In this document: positions 1 to 6,315 of the stretch, in pieces | How the letters are laid out: every line of letters begins with the position of its first letter | Numbering within the stretch: the first letter of the stretch is position 1 | NCBI GenBank assembly: GCA_947259045.1 | Contig: CAMYKZ010000019.1 | Location: forward strand, 1 to 48,924 | Reading direction: 5' to 3' | Length of the DNA stretch: 48,924 bases | From: an uncultured Afifella sp. | GTDB lineage: Bacteria; Pseudomonadota; Alphaproteobacteria; Rhizobiales; Afifellaceae | Notes under the pieces: model-generated | What the model was told of the DNA's origin: nothing | Database searches by the model: none | What the model saw: only the letters and a program-made list of their open reading frames with translations | Made by a program: the position numbers and the translations under genes

Positions 1-209
1 TCAATCAGCACAAAACTGCCCCGCAAATCGCCGATAATCACCATTTGCTGAAACCGGTCTTCGATCGTGCTTTCGGTTTCAGCCGACGTGTTTTTCGAGC
101 CGGTAACGGCAATCCAGCCGATGATCGCCATGGATATCAGAGCGACGACGAAAATCGATGCAAGCTTCATCGACAAGGTCATTGTGAATTTTGGACGCGA
201 CGGTTCCAT
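1..209 (-). CDS. Membrane sensor protein N-terminus, partial (runs off the window edge). TM helix then a periplasmic-type region; could be an MCP, a histidine kinase or a GGDEF protein.
   Basis: ATG at 209..207 with an AGGGGA SD 10 nt upstream. Translation MEPSRPKFTMTLSMKLASIFVVALISMAIIGWIAVTGSKNTSAETESTIEDRFQQMVIIGDLRGSF has a hydrophobic TM segment followed by a polar region. Co-directional, 85 nt downstream of the binding-protein gene. Confidence 0.4.
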   Translation of the reverse strand, partial: MEPSRPKFTMTLSMKLASIFVVALISMAIIGWIAVTGSKNTSAETESTIEDRFQQMVIIGDLRGSFVLI

Positions 210-294
210 TTTGTCCCCTGAATTTGACTAGGGCTGAAAGGGATGTTCGAAACAGATGTTCAAACGCCCCTCTCCCAGTTCGGATATCGATTGA

Positions 295-1059
295 CTATGA
301 CGGTGCACGCTGGCTCATGGCTTGAATCAGCGCACGGACATCATTGTTCGCATCACCCTTCGTCACCAGAATCAGCGGCTGCTCAGCGAAAACGCCGGGC
401 AAGGCAAAGACGGAAGCATTGAGCCTTGGTTCGTTGACGAAGCCGATGCCGTGTTTGGCCTGGCCGATCACTTTGACCACCTGTTGCAGCCCGGCCAACT
501 CCTGGGCGGTGCCGACGATAGCCTTGCCGTTCAGCAACTGCTTTTCAACCAGCGACCTCAAGCCCTTGCCCGCTTTAGTCGTGAATATCGCGATCCGCAT
601 GTCCGGCCCGCCGAGTTCGCGCCAGTTTGTGATCCTGCCAAGCAGAATATCGCGCAGTTGATCTTCGCGCAGGGAGCGAACCGGATTTTCCGGATGAACG
701 ATAAAGCGTGTTTTGACGCCACCGATCCGATGTTCTTTCAACTGGGTTTTGCCGATGGCGCCAGGAACCTTGCGCTCTACCGATGCCTTGACATCTTCAA
801 ACGGCGCCGAAATCATCGCCACATCGGCCTTGCCCGTGATCAGGGCAATAATGCCTTTGGACGATCCGTTGGCGATGACATGGATATTGCGGCCGGTCGC
901 CTTGTTCAGCGCGTCCATGTGCGGAATCAGAACGGTTCTCGCAACCGTGGTGGAGCCGTGTACTTCCATCACGCGGCCCTGTTGAGCGGATGCATGACCA
1001 AAAGCCAGCCCGAACGCCGTCAGCGCCAGCAGCCCCTTCAGTGATAATTTATTCAGCAT
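295..1059 (-). CDS. Periplasmic PstS-like (PBP_like_2) substrate-binding protein with signal peptide
   Basis: 254 aa. Signal peptide MLNKLSLKGLLALTAFGLAFGHASA. Motifs HGSTTVAR...ANGSSKGIIALITGKADVAMIS are typical of phosphate-binding-protein-like periplasmic domains. SD CAGGAGT upstream of the ATG. Confidence 0.7.
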   Translation of the reverse strand: MLNKLSLKGLLALTAFGLAFGHASAQQGRVMEVHGSTTVARTVLIPHMDALNKATGRNIHVIANGSSKGIIALITGKADVAMISAPFEDVKASVERKVPGAIGKTQLKEHRIGGVKTRFIVHPENPVRSLREDQLRDILLGRITNWRELGGPDMRIAIFTTKAGKGLRSLVEKQLLNGKAIVGTAQELAGLQQVVKVIGQAKHGIGFVNEPRLNASVFALPGVFAEQPLILVTKGDANNDVRALIQAMSQRAPS

Positions 1060-1708
1060 TATGTCTACTCCTGTTACCCTTGATTTCGGCCGCGCGGATC
1101 GCCGTCCGGGATCAAGCCGGGTTAGCCGTGATGCCTGTTGTTCAATCGCAGCTAGAAGCTGTTAGTAAATAATAAACGACGATTGAAGCGTCACGACACT
1201 GCAATGAATAGATCAAAAAAATGTCGCATATGTTATGAAACGCGGTTAATTAATTCTGTTCTTTGGCTTTGCAACGCAACGTTCCAGCGGTAGAAGTATA
1301 ATCGTCTCGCTTGCTTCATGCTAAGTTCTTAACCATATCGTCGATGTATTGTGAGTCCCGTTTGTCGCACGGAATCAAACATATAGAATTAATATCGGAA
1401 AATACGGATCATGCCATACAACCGCTGGAGGTGCCGGATTTTTTGTCAGAAATTTGCCTTCGAACTGTCGTCAAATATCGGCCGTATAAAGACTGCGGCA
1501 TGGACAGTTGTTTGAGAATTACAGTCAGGCGGGTTTGCGAATTCCTGGCGAGAGCCGCTAAAACCGGCAGAAATCACTGGCATGGTTTTCTCTTTGCGGT
1601 GACGCGGATGGGCCTGGTCGGCGGCGCCGTTCTGCTGGTCCCGCTGTTTCACGCTCTGGTGCCGCAACCGGACAAACCGGCCGGTCTGGCCGTTACCGAT
1701 GCCTCATC

Positions 1709-4700
1709 CTACACGCGTACGGGTTCCGACGCGCCGTCCTGGAGTTGCAGATCGAGCAGTTCAATCTCTCCGGACGGGTGCAACCTGAGCCGGCTTTGAT
1801 CCGCGATTGCATGCACACCCCTCGCGCCGACGATCATCGCAATGTCATGTTCGCGTGCGACAATCGCCATATGGCTCAGCCAGCCACCGACTTCGCTCAC
1901 CACACCGCCTGAACGCAGAACGAACGGCAGCCATGCCGGATGCACCATGGAGCAGACGATAATATCGCCATCGCGGAAACCTTCGATCGGTTTGCCCGCC
2001 TCGGCCGCTTCCATGGACACCACACAGCAACGGCCGGAAACAGCGCTGGAACCTGAGACCCTGGTGCCTTGCAGATCCGATATTGCGTCAGCGCCCTGCG
2101 CGGCGGACACCAGAGACGCCGATTCCAATTGCTTCAAAGTGAGACTGGTGGGCAACGCAGGCATCGCAAGAAGCTTTTGCTGTTCTTCCTGGCGCCGGCT
2201 TGCGACAGGCCTGAGTGCTGCGGCGCCACGGGCTTGAAGTTCCGCAAGTTCCTCAAATGTCAGATAGAAGCACAGGCCGGAGAGATTGAGTCTGCGGTCA
2301 AGTTCCATCAGCGCATGACGCAGAACGGCGAGATGGCGCAGCGATTCGTGTTTGGCGTCCTCCTTGAGCACCTGATAGCGCCGGGCAATGCCAACGGATG
2401 TTTTGACATCTTCGGGCAATTCGGGACCGCTGTCTGCCGCTTCCGCCGCATGGGAGAATTCCAGGCCGCACAAAGCGTCAAGATGCTCAGGCGTTTCTGA
2501 GTACCGCGGCTCGGAAAGTTCATAGTCGAAGCCGGCGCGATGGCCGAACTTGGCGACCAGATGCAGTTTTTTCTCCGCGGCGGGCAGGGCCAGCGCTTCA
2601 GAAAGAGCCCGCGCGGAAACCGCATCGGCTGCACTGCCAAGCAGGGCTGCCGGATCCAGACCTGTATTCTCGATAGCCAGCTTGGCGCGTGCAGTGTGGA
2701 AATCCGCCGCAATGTTGACGGTTTCGACTTCGACATGAGTGGACGTTACAAATTCCTCACGCAGACGTTCGACGCAGGCAAACAGTTCCGGCGTGGCCAT
2801 CTTTTCGAAATTGGCGATCTCCAGAACATTCATTTCCGCGTTGAACAGCGGCAGGAATTCTTCGCGGAACCGCCGTTCGATGCTTTCCACGCCTTTGGTC
2901 AGGCGCACGGATGCCGCTTTTGTCAAAGTCACCGCATTCTGTTTCATCCGCCGGGGATCGGTGTAAAGCCGGCCGAAGACGGTTTGCAGATGCGATGGAG
3001 CATCTTCCTCGACCGGATAGGTCAAGCCCAGACTGCGGCAGGACAGATCGACACTGCCGCCGGGCGCCCAGAGCGAACTCATCAGCGACAATGACAGTGG
3101 TGTGGGGCGTGGCAGAACCTCCGACATCTCGGTCTGTTCCAGCACGATTTCGTCCGCGCCGGCGTCAGCGGCAAGAGCAAACACTTTGTTCCATTCGTCC
3201 AGCGCCAGCTGATCCTGTGCCGCCGTGCCGAGAAGTGCGGTTATGTCACGGCTCTGCACGATCATGAATGCGCCATCGCGGTAGGTCCATTCAATGTCCT
3301 GCGGCCCGCCGAATATCTCTTCTGCCTGCGCGCCTGTTGCCAGCAATGATGCAATGTCAAAGGGCGCACCGGTTTCATCGAGGCTTTCATGCGAATGCCG
3401 TCCGAAGCGGAACGTATCGGGGGCCGCCATACCGGATACGAGATCATCGGCAGTACCGCGCACCATTTCCACCATCATGGCGCCGGCGGATTCCGGATCG
3501 CGGGTAAAGAGCACGCCGGCGAACTCCGGTGAAATCATGCGCTGGACGAGGATGTTGCCGCCGCTTGCGTCGAGGCCGTAACTGCCGGCGCGACCGGACA
3601 CGAAGGAGGCCATGACTTCGTCAATCGCGCGCTCAAGACTTTCATATTCGACATCGAGAACGCTCTCGAAGACCCCGGCGAAACTTTGCGTCGCACCGTC
3701 TTCCGCCGCCGCGGAACTGCGCACAGCGACACGGTCCGCTCCAAGCATCTGCCATGCCCGGTCCAGCATCTGCTGGCGCGCACTGCCGTCAGCAGCCTGC
3801 AGCCGTTGCAGGAACGATGTGGTCAGCACCACGCCATCGGGCACGGCAATGCCGTGCTGGCGCAGGCGCGCGAGCCGATAGGCCTTGTTGCCGCAACCGG
3901 CGAGCTGTTCTGCATCGGTCAAGGGGATAATGCCTGTCCGGGCCTGCAGATTGCGCCGTGCTTCGCGTAGAGCGTCCGGCAATCGCGCAAGCCGGGAAAA
4001 CTGACCGGTCACTGCGGCGCGCTGCACCAGAAGCAGGACAGCGCTGACGATCAGATAGAGGCTGGCGGCGGCGCTCAGTATGGCAGCCAGACCGGTCAGG
4101 ACCGGCAAAGCGATAAGCCATGCCAGCACCCGCTGCCGCTTTGTTCTGACGAGCACCAGATCCAGATAGACCGATCCCAGCAAAGCGAAAATCGCCGGCA
4201 GGACATAAAGCGGATCGGGCGCAGCGATATCGTCAATCCACAACAGGGAAACATTGTTGCCGTTTGCGGCGATCTGAACCGCCGACAGCATGATCATCAT
4301 CACCGGCAGGAATGCGAGTGCCAGGAGGTTGCGCAGCGGCGTCAGGCCGTGACGCGTGTAGAACGCCTTGATCGCACGGGTCAGACGCTGTGGATCATGT
4401 TTCAGCCTGTCTTTCAATTCGGCCAGCTCAGGCGCTGCCGCATTGGCGCGGATCTGATCGCGTTCCGCTTTGATCGCGACAGGCAGGACCGCAAGCCTGG
4501 ACGCCACGGCAGCCAGCAGAATGGTCAGCAGCAGGCCGATCCTGCCAGCCGCGCTGTCGAGCAGCCCGCCGACGACGTCGATTGATTTCTGCCACAGGCC
4601 GGCCTGCGATGCCGCCATCCAGGCCTCGATATGAGGTTTGGGTTTCTTCGGTATGAAATATTCCCATGGCAGGGTATAGCGGCCCCGGAAATCATGACCT

Positions 4701-5788
4701 GCACGGGTCAGTTCAAGTCCCAGCACTTCGGCATTGAAGCAACTCCGACGATCATAGCAGGCCGCGACGATGGGCTTGCGCGGCAGTCTGGAGATCCGGT
4801 CGGTCAGTTCCGCCGTCGGCGTCGGGCGCACAGGAAGATTGATTGCGCCCGGCAGGTGGCCGGAAGCAAAGTCGGCCGGGTAGCGCACATCGACGATCGC
4901 GGCTTGCTCGTTTTCGATCAGACCGCGGACATCCGGTGTGTCGAGCAGAACATTCTGAGCCGGATAGGACGGAAGGGCACGCAAGTCGCTCAGGGACCGG
5001 ACAGTCCTGTCCGTGAAAGACCGTCCCTCCACGATCCATTTTTCGATACCGCCGACAATGAAGCGGCAGTCGATACCCAGGCGGGCGAGCTTTTCGCAGG
5101 TTTCGGAACTGCGGTTGCCGTTGTGACACAGCAGAATGGCCGTCTTTCCGGCAAGATCAATATTCGACTTGGCCAGATCGGGGAAACGAATATGGCGTGC
5201 GCCGGGCAAGGTGCCCATCTCGTTTTCCGAGGTCTCCCGGATGTCGAGAAGAACCACGTCACTGCGTTCTCCCGTTTGCACCTGTTCTAGAAGCGCTGTC
5301 GTGTCGGCCGTCGAAATCCCCAGGCCGTGATCGCTCTGCGCTGCGAATGAGGTCACCTTGAGGTTCGGATCCAGAATGCGGGTTCCGGCGGTCACGGCAG
5401 GCCTGGTCAGTGTCGCCTGAAGCCGTGTTTGGCCTTGCTGACGCTGGTCGACAAACTGATAAATGTTCAGCCCGGCTGAAAGGAGAACCACCACAAACAG
5501 CCCGGCAGCGATACGCAAGGCCATTTTTGCGGAGCGGTCATCCCTGCCGGCTTTTGCACTGGCGCGCATACCAGCTGCTGCAGCACCGCCCCCCAGCATC
5601 GCCACGCCAAGGGCCATCAGCTGCGACACGCTTGAGATCGAACCGATCACAAGTTCCGGTGACGGAATTGCATAGGCCGGGCCAGCAAACAGAATGCCTG
5701 CCCCTGCGGCGGCGCTGGTACTGACAGTCTGAATTGAGAAACGGTTGCTGGATACTGGAGAGGAAATTGAAATCTTCAGGCGATACAT
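1709..5788 (-). CDS. Large multidomain membrane protein: N-terminal TM helices, two rhodanese domains, YidC/Oxa1-like insertase core, PPDK_N-type ATP-grasp (PEP/pyruvate-binding-like) domain, C-terminal PEP-utilizers phospho-His swivel domain
   Basis: 1359-aa uninterrupted ORF with high GC3. Rhodanese CX5R loop (LLCHNGNRSS) and a second (AACYDRRSC). YidC-like motifs (SRLAVLPVA; KAFYTRHGLTPLRNLLALAFLPVMM; LLWIDDIAAPDPLYVLPAIF). PPDK_N motifs (GCGNKAYRLARLRQHGIAVPDGVVLT; VAVRSSAAAEDGATQSFAGVFES; IEWTYRDGAFMIVQSRDIT). Swivel His motif GGWLSHMAIVAREHDIAMIVG. No PEP/pyruvate TIM barrel. Confidence 0.8.
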   Translation of the reverse strand: MYRLKISISSPVSSNRFSIQTVSTSAAAGAGILFAGPAYAIPSPELVIGSISSVSQLMALGVAMLGGGAAAAGMRASAKAGRDDRSAKMALRIAAGLFVVVLLSAGLNIYQFVDQRQQGQTRLQATLTRPAVTAGTRILDPNLKVTSFAAQSDHGLGISTADTTALLEQVQTGERSDVVLLDIRETSENEMGTLPGARHIRFPDLAKSNIDLAGKTAILLCHNGNRSSETCEKLARLGIDCRFIVGGIEKWIVEGRSFTDRTVRSLSDLRALPSYPAQNVLLDTPDVRGLIENEQAAIVDVRYPADFASGHLPGAINLPVRPTPTAELTDRISRLPRKPIVAACYDRRSCFNAEVLGLELTRAGHDFRGRYTLPWEYFIPKKPKPHIEAWMAASQAGLWQKSIDVVGGLLDSAAGRIGLLLTILLAAVASRLAVLPVAIKAERDQIRANAAAPELAELKDRLKHDPQRLTRAIKAFYTRHGLTPLRNLLALAFLPVMMIMLSAVQIAANGNNVSLLWIDDIAAPDPLYVLPAIFALLGSVYLDLVLVRTKRQRVLAWLIALPVLTGLAAILSAAASLYLIVSAVLLLVQRAAVTGQFSRLARLPDALREARRNLQARTGIIPLTDAEQLAGCGNKAYRLARLRQHGIAVPDGVVLTTSFLQRLQAADGSARQQMLDRAWQMLGADRVAVRSSAAAEDGATQSFAGVFESVLDVEYESLERAIDEVMASFVSGRAGSYGLDASGGNILVQRMISPEFAGVLFTRDPESAGAMMVEMVRGTADDLVSGMAAPDTFRFGRHSHESLDETGAPFDIASLLATGAQAEEIFGGPQDIEWTYRDGAFMIVQSRDITALLGTAAQDQLALDEWNKVFALAADAGADEIVLEQTEMSEVLPRPTPLSLSLMSSLWAPGGSVDLSCRSLGLTYPVEEDAPSHLQTVFGRLYTDPRRMKQNAVTLTKAASVRLTKGVESIERRFREEFLPLFNAEMNVLEIANFEKMATPELFACVERLREEFVTSTHVEVETVNIAADFHTARAKLAIENTGLDPAALLGSAADAVSARALSEALALPAAEKKLHLVAKFGHRAGFDYELSEPRYSETPEHLDALCGLEFSHAAEAADSGPELPEDVKTSVGIARRYQVLKEDAKHESLRHLAVLRHALMELDRRLNLSGLCFYLTFEELAELQARGAAALRPVASRRQEEQQKLLAMPALPTSLTLKQLESASLVSAAQGADAISDLQGTRVSGSSAVSGRCCVVSMEAAEAGKPIEGFRDGDIIVCSMVHPAWLPFVLRSGGVVSEVGGWLSHMAIVAREHDIAMIVGARGVHAIADQSRLRLHPSGEIELLDLQLQDGASEPVRV

Positions 5789-6282
5789 ATACGTCTAACC
5801 TTACGCGTTGTTTCAAAACGTTGCCCCCCTGGAAGCAAGCGCTCAGTTTTTGAGTTCCATATCTGGACATTAATCTGTAGCGTTGATTAGATTTTGAATC
5901 AAACTGTAAGTGTATTTTAATTTGTCACTCTACCCCTGCCTGAATATCAACGGGGCTCACAGGTTTGATTTTCTCCGCAGAATTCAGCGCGCGAAATGCC
6001 GGCACCGGAGCGCAAAATGGAAACGAGCGCAAGATACCGGCGCCGTTGGCGGATCAACCCGCTGAAGGATTGTCGGTTCTGATCATCGCATTGCCGGAAA
6101 AACATCCGGATCCGACCCCGATTTGATCACAATCATCCGTAATGCTGACAGCGACGTGGAGATCACAGCCATCTCCTGTGCGGTCCTGCTTTGTTCTTTT
6201 TCCGGAATTGTGACGGAACCAAGTGCGAACATGGGATAAAGCATTGGAATTTATGAAAAAAACTGTGACTATACTTTGACAA

Positions 6283-6301
6283 TTCACAGGAAGTTCCTGT
6301 G
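6283..6301 (-). terminator. Perfect inverted repeat TCACAGGAA-g-TTCCTGTGA, 15 nt downstream of the pheT stop. Possible terminator stem or protein-binding palindrome.
   Basis: 9-bp arms with a 1-nt spacer, read directly from the sequence. An A/T-rich tract (a T7 run) follows on the minus strand about 20 nt later, so it is not a canonical intrinsic terminator. Confidence 0.3.
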
Positions 6302-6315
6302 ATCAGCACAACCGG

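Noticed and set aside
6054-6287. 77-aa ORF in the gap between the giant ORF and pheT
   Set aside because: No SD, no recognisable motif, low-complexity translation. It overlaps the palindromic/terminator-like region and is most likely non-coding.
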